Part shown: piece after piece, positions 11,808 to 24,789 of the stretch
Layout of the letters: every line of letters starts with the position of its first letter
How positions within the stretch are numbered: position 1 is the first letter of the stretch
Position numbers and translations under genes: made by a program
Notes under the pieces: generated by a model
What the model saw: the letters and a program-made list of their open reading frames with translations, nothing else
Database searches by the model: none
Told to the model about the DNA's origin: nothing
Source of the DNA: Phyllosticta citribraziliensis
Lineage: Eukaryota
Reading direction: 5' to 3'
Length of the DNA: 64,000 nucleotides
NCBI RefSeq assembly: GCF_038025025.1
Contig: NW_027117350.1
Span: forward strand, 682,001 to 746,000

Positions 11808-13673
11808 CTTGGGAAGCGAATTGTGCGGTGAGCGAATCCGATGCCGTTTATTTCAAGTCGAATGCGGACCAGTGGGCGTTTGATGTTGACGATAGAAAAA
11901 ATGTTTCAAAAGCGATGCTTGGAATGGTGTTCTTGGACTGGTTTGAGGAAATGGGTTGGATGAGAGAAACGGACAGACAAGCTACCTAGCGGATGGGTGG
12001 AATTGAGCAGCGTTCATGTATAGCAGCTTCCAATCGAAGCGCAGCACCAGCAGGAGCCCCCATCACGCGTGATTTCTAGCAAGAGCTTCTGTACTGTCAC
12101 CTGAAGGAGCTCGCACGAGGACCTTGACGATTTGCGGTACAAAAGACTCCCTACCTACTTCCCGGCCATCAGGCGGATCAGGACTCTCGAAGAAAGCGTG
12201 CCACAAACCGTACAGGACTTGCAGTCGCCCCTTCCTAGCCTCAAAGCCCGTCGACTGTCGGACAGTTGTCGGCGTGGTAACCTGTGGGAGAAGGATCTCT
12301 CAACCGCACCATCTCACTTGTACCAACTCCCGGAGCTTTTCGTCGCAATGCAACTGCGATGTGCCAGATGCCAAACCCCTCTGCCAGATTCTGAACGTTG
12401 CTCGAAATTCGCACAAGGCTTCGTGACTGGAAGGGGGCCTTGACGTGGACCAAAGAGCACTTGAGCAGGGATAGCACTTGGAGACGATTGCCAAGGGGGA
12501 GACGGAATGACTAAATACCCGATGAAAAGTGATGGCAAAAGGGGCGATGGCAGGAAACTCGAGTCTAAGAGAGCGCACAGACTCCAAGGCGGTTAGTTTC
12601 AAGGGCCGTCAGGCTGCTCAGGCACAGCCGCGACGTCGGGAGAGGATTACATTATTCCGTCATCAGCGAGAATGGATGGTCAGGTCGCTTTTGGCCGACG
12701 TCATGTCAAAGTGGCGTTGGTTGTGTTTGTCGTCGGACGCGAAGGGGTTGACAACGGGCAGCGGCTGACATAAACACGGGAGCCGTCGTGTTGCCAAAGC
12801 CGAAGGCGGGCTAGCGTGTCTCCCAGCTCGCAGTCTTGTCCGCAGCTGGCACTCCAACACTGGTCTTCTGGCCGCTGGGTTTCGTCTCATGCCTCGCTAC
12901 ATATACCTGTGCAAGACGAAGGATGCTTCTCAAACAAATCCAACGCTGCGTCGACCGAAGCTTGCCCTGGCCCAGAGTGCATTCTTTTTGCTTTTGCTTC
13001 ATCCATTTTTCGCAGGCTGGAGTGACATGGACATTGTGGAGCGACAGAGTTGTGCGGAGGAGCAGATGACACATGGCGGCATTGTTGTGATGCACAATGT
13101 TGTTTTGCGTTTTCCTCGACGGGAATGGCCTTGGCCAAAGAGGGGACGACTCCTGACTAAGAGAGGTGCAGGGACAGGATGGCCTGCGAGGCCAAAGTAG
13201 CTTTGGGGGGAATGGGGTATAGCTGCCGCGCTCAACCGGGGAGCGGACAGGATAGGTACCGTGTATATTTTCTTGAAACCGGACGAGACGAAGCTGAGCC
13301 TCGCAGCGGAGCAGACGACATGTGACGGGCACCTGCGTGCAGTCGGAATGGCAGAGGTAGAGACAGGCGACGGGATGGACGAGGGTGAGGCGGGGAGTGG
13401 AGTGGACGGGAGTGGAGAGGTGGGAGGGACGTGGACGTGGAGCTCTCACTGTTGTCGGGGGCTCGGGGTGGTGGAAGCTTGCCGCCCTCTCTCGCTCGCA
13501 TCCTACCGATCACCTACCAACCCCTCTCCACCATCTCTGCCATTCTGCTTGCACTCCAACGCCTCCGTCGCCTCGTCTCGTCTCTCTTCGGTCTCCGTCC
13601 ACGCCTGTCTCGACGTGCCCGAGTTGCTGCAGCTTTTTGTGCGTTGCCTGCGTGCCCCGGCTGCGTTGGCGCC

Positions 13674-13885
13674 ATGACCTCTTAATTTGCTGCACCTCTC
13701 TCGCTCGTTCCTCGACGATACGCCGCACCCCATCGCCTTGGCCTATTTCCCTTCGCACTCGACGGCTGGCCGCATCTCTCTTGGTCCACCCATTTCGCCC
13801 GACGACGTCCTGCACCCGCACACGCTCCTCGAAGGGGTCCGGGTCGATGATCAGTGCGGGCCCATCACCGAGCGTGCGGCCCTGA
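13674..13885 (+). promoter_or_regulatory. Two candidate uORFs in the presumed CDC4 5' leader (MTS*, 13674-13685; MISAGPSPSVRP*, 13847-13885)
   Basis: GCCATGACCTCTTAA and a second ATG-initiated short ORF lie within the long CT-rich tract upstream of the ATG at 13974. The transcription start is unknown. Confidence 0.35.
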
Positions 13886-13973
13886 CTTTGGTTGAGCCCT
13901 CCTCGCCGCGCTTCCGCCGTGTCACCCTCGCGTCGCCGCTACCACCCTCCATTTCTCCTCCCACGCCCACACC

Positions 13974-16900
13974 ATGGACCGCTCGTCCACTGCGAGCGGC
14001 TCTGCTTCCTCACACGACCTCTCGACACATCCCTCCTTTGCCTCGACAAACACCACTGCTCCTCCGCCAGTTCCGCCCTCCAAAACCTCGAACCCTGCCT
14101 CGTCCACAAACACCATGCCGGATCAACGTGACGTCTCCCAAACTGTCAAGACCCAAGTCTTGGACCCCTACACATCCCTGGGCCAATTATCCTACGGCCC
14201 TGCAACTCAGACCACGGTCGTGACGACCACAACCACAACTACGACCTCTTTTCCGCCTTTGATCCTCAATCCCCCTCGCCACTTGCATCAACGTGATCCC
14301 AAGCAGTACCCCTTGGCCGCCTCACCTACACCTCAATCCATCAAAGACTTCAGCTTCACCATCAGCGGCCGTGAGGCTCGCTTCCGGGAAGCAAATGACG
14401 CCGAGCAGACTTTTAACGAGGTGCGTCCAAATCAGGCCTCGACTGCGTCATGCAAGGGCATCATCGCCTGTCTTCTCGCTTCTTTGAGGCCCATAGCTGA
14501 CAAAGTCTAGTATAAAAAGCAGCAAGCTGGTTTGCGAGCCTCGAGTGGCACCATCATCAAGTCGGCAGACGCGATACCGCAACTCGAAGCTCCGAAAAGA
14601 TTCCAAAAGGCGTTTGACACCTCTGTCCAGGCAGCAAAGAATCCAAAGAAGAGATCTGCGTCACCCGTGTCTATCGCTGAAGCTGCCGAGCGTGCGAGCT
14701 ACCAACGCAAGCGACCACGTCCGAGTGTGAATACGCTTGCTGCTGGCTCGGCGTATCCCCCCTCTCTTACTCGGAACAGCTCCTTCCAAGCATCACGATA
14801 CCTCGACACTACTGCCCCAGCCACTCCGGATACAGATGCTGGAAGCACAGGGCAAACCAAGATACAAAAGGTGCGGAGGGCGTCGAAAAGGCCTGGTTCG
14901 AGGGCAGGCGTGCAGAACGTTCAAGGCGAGAAGAGATTGTCGAATCTAAAGCACGTCTCTGAAGAGGGAACGACTCAAGATGATGGCGACAGTCAATCTA
15001 CGGAGCCTCAGGAGACTGGGAACCTGACGAGTACTGGAAGATCTGCTGGTTCAAGAGAATCTCAATTTTCCGTCATTGGCATTGACAACCAAGCAAGCGG
15101 AGTGTCCGCAACCCCACCGATTGCCGAGACAGATCTGGAGCCGATTTTGCCCGTGGAAGATGAGAACGAAACACGCCCCCGAATCGCACATCCAAACTCG
15201 CTACAGAGTATCGCCAACCAGGACGCGAGTCTCCCGAGTCCCAGCCTTTCGCCCATCACTGCCGCTGCAAACTTGGCACAACACGCTGCTCTCCCTGGAC
15301 TGTTGGGTGTTGAGGAAGAAGATGACGAGAACGATGTGTCCAGCCTGGATATTGAAAGGGAAAAGGATGATGAAGCCATCGGCAGGAAAACTCGGGACTT
15401 GATACCTGGTCATCGGGCTTCCGAAGGCGCTGGGAGTGTCACAAAATCCACTGCTGACTCTCAGCCCCCCGCCCCCACTTTGAGAGATCTCCCCGTGATG
15501 GTTGATGCTTTCGATGCCATGCCTGACGATCTCAAAACCTACGTTATGTACCAGTTCCTTCGACGATGCGCCAAGTCGACTTTGCACTTCGTTGCAGACG
15601 TGGTCAATCCGGCCTTGAAAATTGACTTTCTGGCACATCTTCCGATGGAGTTGAGCTTGAACATTACTTCCAACCTAGACGCGCAAAGCATGTGCAGATC
15701 CGCGCAAGTGTCGAGGAAGTGGAGGGATGTCATCAACCGAGACGAGAGGGCCTGGAAAAACCTATTGGACAAGGATGGTTACCAGCTTCCCGAGGGGGAG
15801 TTAGACCGCGCGATCAGGGAGGGCTGGGGCTGGCAGTTTGGGCAAGATAGCCATGAGAAGGACCTCAGCGGCAGTTCGGCAACCATTTCCGACAGCGAGG
15901 CGTCGTCGCCGCTGACAGCCCCACTTGCAGCTACCGGTTCCACGCGGGGGAAGCGCAAGGCTACGACCAAATACGCAAGCACCAACAAAAGGCAGAAGAG
16001 AAAAGGCCCTACTGCCTCGCCCTCCAGGGCTCATGGTCGGATCCTGGGAGCGCTGCACTCCACAGGCCCAAGCACGTACGCCAGCCTTGCGGCTGCAGCG
16101 GTTCCACAACCCAATATTGGCTTGCCCGACTTACGACAGCTCCACCTGTACAAGTCGCTCTACCAACGCCATCACCTGATCCGCAAGTCCTGGATGGACG
16201 TCCACGCCAAGCCAAAACACATTGCCTTTCGAGCGCATCAACGTCATGTCGTCACTTGTTTGCAATTCGACACGGACAAAATCCTTACCGGCAGCGATGA
16301 CACCAACATCAATGTCTACGATACAAAGACCGGCGTGTTGCGGAACAGACTGATCGGTCACGAAGGTGGCGTTTGGGCATTGCAGTACTGGGGCAACACT
16401 CTCGTATCTGGATCCACAGACCGTTCTGTCCGGGTGTGGGATATCGAGCGAGGCAGGTGTCTGCAGGTCTTCCAGGGTCACACCTCAACCGTGAGGTGTC
16501 TTGTGATTCTTCAGCCGACCGAAATTGGCACAGATGCTGATGGAAAGCCCATTGTGATGCCGGAACGTCCTCTGATCATCACTGGCTCACGGGACTCGAC
16601 ATTGCGCGTCTGGAAGCTTCCAAGTCTTGACGATCCTTCTGTCTTCCAAACCGGGGCACCGGCTAACGACAGGGAAAATCCATACTTCATTCGCGCCCTC
16701 AGCGGACACCACCATTCTGTTCGCGCAATCGCCGCTCACGGAGACACGCTTGTTAGCGGCTCCTACGATACTAGCGTGCGCGTCTGGAAGATTTCTACGG
16801 GTGAAGTCGTGCACCGGCTCAACGGCCACACTCAAAAGGTCTACAGCGTGGTTTTGGATCACGAGCGCAACCGGTGCATCTCGGGCTCAATGGACAATCT

Positions 16901-17476
16901 GGTCAAGGTCTGGTCTCTCGACACAGGAGCGTGTCTGTTCAACCTCGAAGGACACACCTCTCTCGTAGGTCTTTTGGACCTCTCGCATGAACGCCTAGTC
17001 TCTGCAGCCGCCGACTCCACCCTTAGGATTTGGGATCCCGAGAACGGTCAGTGTAAAGCGACGCTCACCGCTCACACGGGCGCCATCACCTGCTTTCAGC
17101 ACGATTCCCAAAAGGTCATCAGCGGCAGCGACCGAACGCTTAAAATGTGGAACGTCAAGACGGGCGAGTGCATCAAGGACCTTTTGACCGATCTTAGTGG
17201 AGTCTGGCAGGTCAAGTTCGACCAAAGACGCTGCGTTGCTGCGGTCCAGAGGAATAGCATGACTTACATCGAGGTCAGTGCCCCTTCCATTCGATTAACG
17301 TTTGATTCCGGCATGAAACTGACTGTATAACGTAGGTCCTCGACTTTGGCGCTTGCCGAGACGGCTTTGTTGATGAGCAACTCGGCCGCCGCATCGTGGT
17401 CGATCAACGTGGACGAGAGATTGAAGACGTAGACGACACGCCCGAAATATTGGCGGCCGAGGCTGATCAGTTGTGA
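13974..17476 (+). CDS. CDC4: F-box/WD40 SCF substrate receptor Cdc4 (~1116 aa)
   Basis: Exons 13974-14420, 14511-17273, 17336-17476. D-domain and F-box (KIDFLAHLPMELSLNI..SAQVSRKW). WD40 repeats starting HVVTCLQFD, GHEGGVWAL, GHTSTVRCL and GHTSLVGLL. Spliced C-terminus TYIE/VLDFG. Confidence 0.93.
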
Positions 17477-18974
17477 TTCTAGGGCTCGTCATCTTCGCGA
17501 GTACCGACATGACGGCGTTATTGGAACCCCATTGGTCGACTTTTCTTTTTCGAGGAATGAGCCTCAAAACGCTTCTCGCTTTGCGCTTCTTGAGTCGTCG
17601 TCGTCGTCTCAACAGTGTTTTATTTTCCCTTCAAAGTTTTTTGGGGCAATACCCTTTATACCCAACATGCTTATGTTCAGCCTCAGTCACACTTGCGCTG
17701 TTTTCAAATCTTTTCTGTTTTTCCTTGTTGCTGCCTCACTGGTGGCACTCTCCTCTTTTTCAGGAGTTGGGCAACAAACGAGGCTTTCTTTTCCTTTTTG
17801 TTTCTCAAGGCGACAAGGAATTTGTACGGCACAACAAGCGGGCGATGAAGCGGATGCGGCTGGATTGGCGAAAAGCTCTGCGTTGCACGTCTTCACCACG
17901 GTTTCGAGGAAAGCCTTGCCTTGTCATGACTGTCTAGGGGCGAGTCGCTCAGACAGGCAGGCAGGCAGAGTGGATTTTCTCATCAGCGGAGAGGTCGAGC
18001 GGATGTCGAATCATTCGACATGCTCGATGGGCGGCTTGCGGTTAAGCGGAATGAGGGTCGTTCGATTGGTTGGGTTTCTGCTTTTTCTCCATCCGGGCTG
18101 AACTAAAGACTTGACGAATACATTGCGTTGCATTTTGCTTTGATGCTGTCCTTGAATTTTGCCTCTGTGACGGTGCGAGTTCGTAGAAACGTCACAAGTG
18201 TGTGTTGTTGTGTGTTTGCCACGACTTTCGCTCTCGAGCCTTGGTACGGTTCCTTGATGAATGGTGGTTGGTTGCCGGCGACGGAGTACATGGTCTTTGT
18301 TGTCCATGGTGCAAATATTTGGCTTGTCTCGTTCACAGACTTGCAAACGGCCAGCCAAGGATTATCGAGTATTGTTCATTAGGCAGGACTCGCTTCGTTA
18401 CGTCTGACTCTATGCTGCCGTTTGTTGTTGGTGTGTACAACCACCTACTTTTTTCCCTTTGCCATATTGGCGCACCATCATGTGCATGCATGGCTCTCTA
18501 GACAAGGAAGGAAAGTCTCGGGTGGGCGGCCAAGCAAGCGACTAGACCCGAGTATGTATGGAAGCAAGTGTGACTATCGTCTGACCGTATTCCCGTATTC
18601 CCGTATTTCCGTCCGTCCATCCATTCCTCCACCTGATTCTGCAACGACTCCGTCCGTCTTCAATGGTCAACTTCGATTGACCCTCGCAGCAGCGTTGAGA
18701 AAAGCAACCCAGCAATGTGTATAATACACCTTTATGTCCACGAGCAACCCATCTCTCCCTCCCGCCTACCTTTCCTCTCGTGTATCTCTCGATCTGCCAT
18801 GTCAACATTAACGGCTCTGCCAAACCGTTCATACTCTCTCCTCATCTTCCCAGTGGCGTCAAGGTCATGCTGGTGCCCTCAGCACCAGCACAAACAGCAC
18901 GACCAACGCGTTGAACAAAGCCAACCGCGTTGGTGCGGAAGCCATAGCCCCACTTCCTCTCCTCATGCACATCC

Positions 18975-21900
18975 TCACGACACACGACTCGGCGCCCTAC
19001 CGCCACCAGCACCTGCGCCACCAGCATCCGGCGACTGATTCTCCCGCTTCTGCTCTTTCCACGTCTTCTTCAATTCCTTGAGCATGCCAGGCAGTTCCAT
19101 CGATTTCTTCTTCTTTCTCTTCGTTTCCTTGCCGGTCTGCTGTGGGCTGCTCGCTGCACTGGCGGTCGAGCCCGCCCGCGATGATGTTTTCGCCGCATTC
19201 AACGGTGGCGGCGGGGCAGGGAAGCGGGAGCGCACGGTCGCTGGAGCCGTGGTGGTCTTGTTCATAGGAGTGCTGTTGGTGTTGGCAGTCTTATTGATGT
19301 TGGGAGTGCTGCTGCCGGTGGCGACACGTGGGGAGGCCGTCGTGGTGGTCGACTTTGCAGTTTGTTTTGCTTGTTGAACTCCTGCGAGGGTGGCATCGAC
19401 GCGGGCGTTGACAGCAGCCTGGACATCGGCCGTCTTGTGGCCAAAGACGCTTCTGGGACGATCACCACCACCACCACCGCCGCCGCCGCCGCCGCCACCG
19501 CGTCTAGCATCTCCTCCGCTTCCTGATCCTCCGCGACTACTGGCGAAGCTACCCCGACCGCGTTCTGCCCCACTGCTGCGACCATGACCGCCGGGATTCT
19601 TTGGGGGTGAGCTCGTCAAGTCTACGAAGGGTGTTGCGGATTTCGTGGTTGCTGGGGCTGCAGGTGGGTTGGTGTCAGACGCTCTGCTGGCGTCAGAGAA
19701 GGTCTGTATGGTCGACGCGTCGGCTGCGGCACCACGATGGCTGGGACGGTTGAATCCGCCTCGTCCTCGGCCTCCTCCTCCACCGCCGCCGCCGCCGCCG
19801 CCGCCGCCGCTGCGACGAACGAGATTCTTCGTAAGAGTGCCGGCTGGTGTGTTTGAGCCAGATGCCGGGGTGGAGGTGTCAAACGAAGACCTTTCAACTC
19901 TCGTGGCTGTGGCGACCGGTGCCTTGCTTTGCCCAACACTGGCAGAAGGGACGGGCTTTGCATTCGTCTTGTCGAGCGCGACGGATGGCTTTGATGGGCC
20001 GGGAGCAGAGAGCTTGGTGGTAGTTGGTTGGGGTCGATGTTGCGACGAGGACGACGCCTGTGCCTCGGGAACCCTCTGGAACGAGGCCGAGGATGGCGAA
20101 CGGCCACTGGGAGACGGATCGGGGTCAGGAAGACGCTGGACTTCCGGGGTCGATTCTTCGGGAAGTCGCTTGTGGACTTGCGGCTGCTGCTGGCGCTCGT
20201 CCGGCAAAGCCTGCGATGGCCGTGCCGGCAGACTTTGCTCCAGCGTTGCGTCATATTCAGAACGAGGCGGCGGTCGGTAGCTGTCTCCGCGAAAGCGATG
20301 GTTGTCTCCAGAGTCCCTCGCACGGACGGGCATGGACTGTCTGCGGTTTGGGGCGCCATAATCTGCGGAAATTGGGATACTAGGGCGGCCAAAGGGCGAC
20401 CTTTCGCGATACTCGCTCACGTGTCCTCCCAGCGAAACTCTGCTCTGTCTTTTCTCGGCCTCTGGGAAGCGCTGGCTACGCTCAGAGCCCCACGGACGGA
20501 CGGCCACAGAGCCTGGCTGCCTTGCAGTTGGGCTGGTGGAACGACTAGGTACGGGCGACCTTTCGCGATAGGCACTGGACGGCGCTCCGAGAGCCTTGCT
20601 TTGGCGTCTTTGTTCAAACACTGGGGAGCGGCTGCGATTTCTTGCTTGTCGGTTGCTCGTCTGATTGTTGAGACGGTCGAAAATCGGGGCTAGAGACGAT
20701 TTGTTGAGAATCCGTTTCGTGTGCTTGACCTCGTCAACTTTGTTGATGTAGAACTCCGAGTAGGGCAAAGGGTCCAGTCCCTTGTGTGCGCAGTTTCCCA
20801 TGTACGGAATGTAGTCTGTTTTGTGTCTTCCGACGTAATCGTCCCACACAGACAAGGGAAAGCTCTGGGATAAGCAGTACAGGTGGTGGCAAAGGTTTTC
20901 AAAATGTTCGCGGTCGCCGTTGTACTCAGGATATGCCGCCCTGAACTGAGCAAACACGTCGTCGGAGTCCTCAAGGGATGTTTGGTCAAACGATCGCGAC
21001 ATTTCTGAATGCGCCGCCTCAGTCGACTGCATTGGCAAGGTTTGAAGGTTGAGGTCAGGAGCCTGGTGTTGGGTCGGAGTGCTCGGTGCGTCGAGTCCGC
21101 CCTCTTGCTTAATCATTGTTGTGCCGCTGTAGGTGCCTGCATCGGATCCGGCCAAATTGCCGAGCCTGTCGTGGGGTTTGGTCGGTGTGTGTGAATGAAT
21201 GTCAAGCGGCTCTTCCGGGAGTTCTGCCACGATGCCTTCATCGGACATTTTAGACATCGACGGACTAGCCCGAGCGTTTGCAGTTTGATTGGGAGGCGCG
21301 CTTAGTCCTGTGTTTGCATCTTGTGCATCCAATTTTTTTCTTTGTTGCCTCATGAACTCTCGTTTCTGATTCAAACCGTTCTCCTTTGGATCTCGAGTGA
21401 CAGGGCTCTCCTGACTGAACCCATAACTGGTGTGGAGCGACTTTGGCTTCTTGCTAGACGGCTCCTTGGGAGAAGGTGAGTGCCTTCCTCTCTTCGATGA
21501 TGTCCTAAGCTCGACATCACTAGAGGGGGTGCGTCGACGGTTGTCACTACGTTCTCTCGTATCATTCTTCATGCTCTGATGTGACGCTTGACGTTCCATC
21601 TCATTCAGGAGTTGTCTCTGAGCCATAGAATCTTCATTGTCTGAGGAATAAGGACGAGATTCGGCAACTCCGTCAAAGCGGAACCCCATTTTGCTTGCGC
21701 CTACTTTGCGATCAACTCGATTTTGCCGAGTCGACGAGCTTTGGGCACGGGAAGACAAGGGTGATGTAGAAGACACCTTTGGAAGGGTAGACGCTGAGGG
21801 TTGCAGTAAAGTCGACCGAGGTGGTGGATGGGAAGATGATACCTGGTGATTGTCCATGAAGTTTCGACCCAAACTTCTCGTGCCACTCACAGGTCGTTCT

Positions 21901-24323
21901 TTTCTCATGTAAGGCGTCTCCTCTACCCGTGAGACATCATCTTTTTCAAGCGGTGTTACAGCACTAGGCTTCAAGGGCCTCGATGTTTCTGAACGGAGGG
22001 ACGGCGATGGAGACTTCGTCACTTCCATATCATCATCATCATCATCGTGATCATATGTATGGTTGACTGCAGCCAAATTTTGACGCGATTCTGGGGGCGA
22101 GGAGCGCACGTCGGCACTCTCTTCATCCAGAGCATTTTCCATAGGTCGAGCAGATGTGGTCTGATTTTGACTGCCTTTTGTTTTCATCGACTCTGGGGGC
22201 CCAGATCCGGCGACGTTTGCCTTCTTGTGTATTCGTGAAGAGGGCGGCCGTGGGGTCGATTGATGTTCAGCACTGCTGTGGACAGAAAAGTCTCCAAAGT
22301 CAGGAGCGCGCCCAGTTGCTCGTTCTGGTGACTGTTGATTAGCGCTGCTGTTAAGAGGGAGCTCATAGTCCGCTACGCGCCCATGGTGGTCCGCTGGCGA
22401 TGAGGACCACGATATTCCAGCACTTGACGCAGGTTCCGCAGTGCTAGGGTCGTCCTCATTTTCAGCGTCGCCATCTTCGTCGTCTGCTGTGGAGACAGAC
22501 GTTGTTTGAGAATCGCTGCCTTCTACAGCGGTAGGGTTGCTGCTTGACGATTGCCCTTCCTGGCGAGCTTTGGTAGCTTCCTCAGTTCGAGTGCTCATCG
22601 AAGTGAGGACAGATGCTGGCAATCTCGCTACAGGAAATGTCCTTCCAGAAGTTGGAGGCAGCCAGGCTGCTCAGAGCGCGTGTCAGCACCGAGAAAATGT
22701 CATGAACATGCCTCACAATTTGCTTACATTGGAATTCGTTCAAAATCTTTTCCTGATCTTCCGGGACGCGGCATATTGCTCGTGAGACTAGCAGCGTCTC
22801 CTATTTGGGAGTCAGCGATATTCCAAACGTCAGGTATCCTCACGTCATTCGCTTACCTTCCATGGACCAGCGCTCGCGATGGATTTGGAAGCTTTGGAAT
22901 TTGCACTTTGCGCGTTGCTTCCACTACTTTGCGCTGGGCCGCTCGTCGAACTTGGAATACTTGGATTTACTAGTTGAGAGCCATCTGTTTGAAGTACGCG
23001 ATCCAAACCGTCATGTGGAGCAAGATTGGTGGAAGCCGACGAGGTAGTTTGTGTACTCTTTTCGGGCAAGGGTGCCTGGAACGAGGTTGGGGCGTAATCT
23101 GTTTCGATCATTGACGGGAGTGATTGGGGTGGTCTAGCAGCATCTACTGGAGGTGACTCTCGGAAAGATGCCACTGCATCAGAAGGCTGATCAAGCATTC
23201 TGTATTGCGGACTAGGACCACTCGCAACCGGCGTGTTTTCCTTCGTCTTCCGAGAACCACCTGGCAGCTCGACGCTTGGGACTGCGGCAGGGGCACTGAG
23301 ACCATCCTTGACAATGTTCGAGTGCGAGCCCACGTTGGCATTTTCATCCGTTGCCTCTCGCTCTCGAGGTGGAACTGGATCAGTCGGTTCCTTTTTTATC
23401 TTCTTTGCGATTGCAGGAGCTTGAGCGGGCGCTCCGTTTCGGTTTGGAGGCTCCACGGGCTTGCCAGATTGTCGACGTGGGTCGTTTGTCGTTCTCAGCC
23501 GTTGCAATAAGACAACAGGGCCTACGTTTCCGGGGACCGCAGTACCATGACCAGGATGACTGTCTCTGGACATGCCCATAGCCGGGTTCTTCCTCGGTCG
23601 TATTGCACTCGTAACCACCTGTGTCCCAAATTGTGTGCCTGTCATGGCTGAAGCCTCTTCCTCGGGATCATGGTCGCTGAGAGGAGTCTTCCGACTTGGG
23701 GAACCTGCGCACTGACTCTCCATGTCTTCGTCGGCGGGATCTTGATTCAGCCTGGTGAGGAGATGTTGTATTCTGGGGCGTTTATGGATCGGTTTGGGCT
23801 TCCCGAGCATACCCAGTCCACTTTGGCCATTATATTTCGCTTCTTTAACAAGTAGCCAGACTATGTCTACTCCTAGAGCGCCGACGTAGGCTACAACAAT
23901 TTCAAATTGTTTGAGGAGGAATACTGCGCCCCCTAAATTGTCGAGGATACGTTCGTTCTCTTTGCGCAGACTTTGAATGTACTCCGAAGAGAATCGGATC
24001 TTGATGGAGGTGTGGGTATCCGAGACAAGAGCATCGACGAATTTCTGGTTGCGATCGCGGTGGTCCTGAAGGAGCTACTGGAGTCAGGTTTGGAATATGC
24101 AGATGGTGTCTCCGAGTCTGACCTTGAAGATTTGAACTGCAGTTTTGCTGTGGTCCGGCTCGTGGGTGAAACGTAGGTTGCTCCCGTCATTGCTGTACAT
24201 CTGTTCGAGGGTCTGCGAGTGCTCGACCTTGCTTTTGGACTCGGGGGTTTCATTGCACCACGTGATACCTTCTTCGATCTCATTCTCCAATTCGGGCCCC
24301 AGCCAGTCACTGAACAGGTTCAT
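18975..24323 (-). CDS. Putative shelterin TPP1/Tpz1/Est3-like protein with an N-terminal OB fold and long disordered regions (~1727 aa)
   Basis: Exons 24323-24123, 24074-22857, 22800-22728, 22666-18975. N-terminus MNLFSDWLG..VQIFK/LLQ..ALVSDTHTSIKIRFS..GAVFLLKQFEI resembles TPP1/Est3 OB folds. Central motif RVPEDQEKIL..SWLP..FPVARLP and a helical block FAQFRAAYPEYNGD..WDDYVGRH..PLPYSEFY. Family assignment is from recalled motif resemblance only. Confidence 0.62.
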
Positions 24324-24789
24324 GGCTATGTTGTGCGAGGGTGAGTTGGAGGTGCATGTCCGGGTGGGGAAGAATGATGGAAGCGGATGAAGCTGCGCGT
24401 CTCGGGTGAACGCGTCCACACGTGGTCGCGGAGAAGTCGGGCCGAACGGGAGTCCCGCCCGCCCGCGGCGTCGACCAAACAAGGCAGTCGGAGATCGTCC
24501 TTGGACCGGACTGGACTCTTGTCTTCCGCACCGACCTGCATCTTGCTGGAGCTTCTGTCCCGTCCACCTCAACTCCTCCGCTCTCCATGACCGTGTCCGC
24601 GCTTCCTCTACTCAGGCCGAACCATGTGAGCTGCAACCTCGTGCTCTCCGGCCTTCCATTCCTCTCTGCGCTGCCTCCCAGCCCGTCTTCAGCTGCACAC
24701 AACCAGCCAGTCCGCATCTCGACTCACTTCAGGCCCTCCCAGCGCTCCGATCGCTCTCTGATGCCCTCACCGTAACTCTGCCAACAGCC

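Noticed and set aside
12124..13449. Short ORFs with Cys motifs (CARCQTPL; MCHLLLRTT..) between the orphan gene and CDC4
   Set aside because: I could not build a consistent start and splice model, so support is insufficient.
2678..24323. Functional cluster of chromatin, meiosis and telomere genes (ARP8, PAF1, HOP1, CDC4, TPP1-like)
   Set aside because: These belong to different complexes and I saw no shared regulatory motif; it is probably ordinary gene adjacency.
24406..24789. 128-codon in-frame extension upstream of the FAB1 ATG
   Set aside because: It has no ATG, overlaps the ~470-bp divergent promoter region shared with the TPP1-like gene, and is C-rich sequence that is naturally poor in stops.
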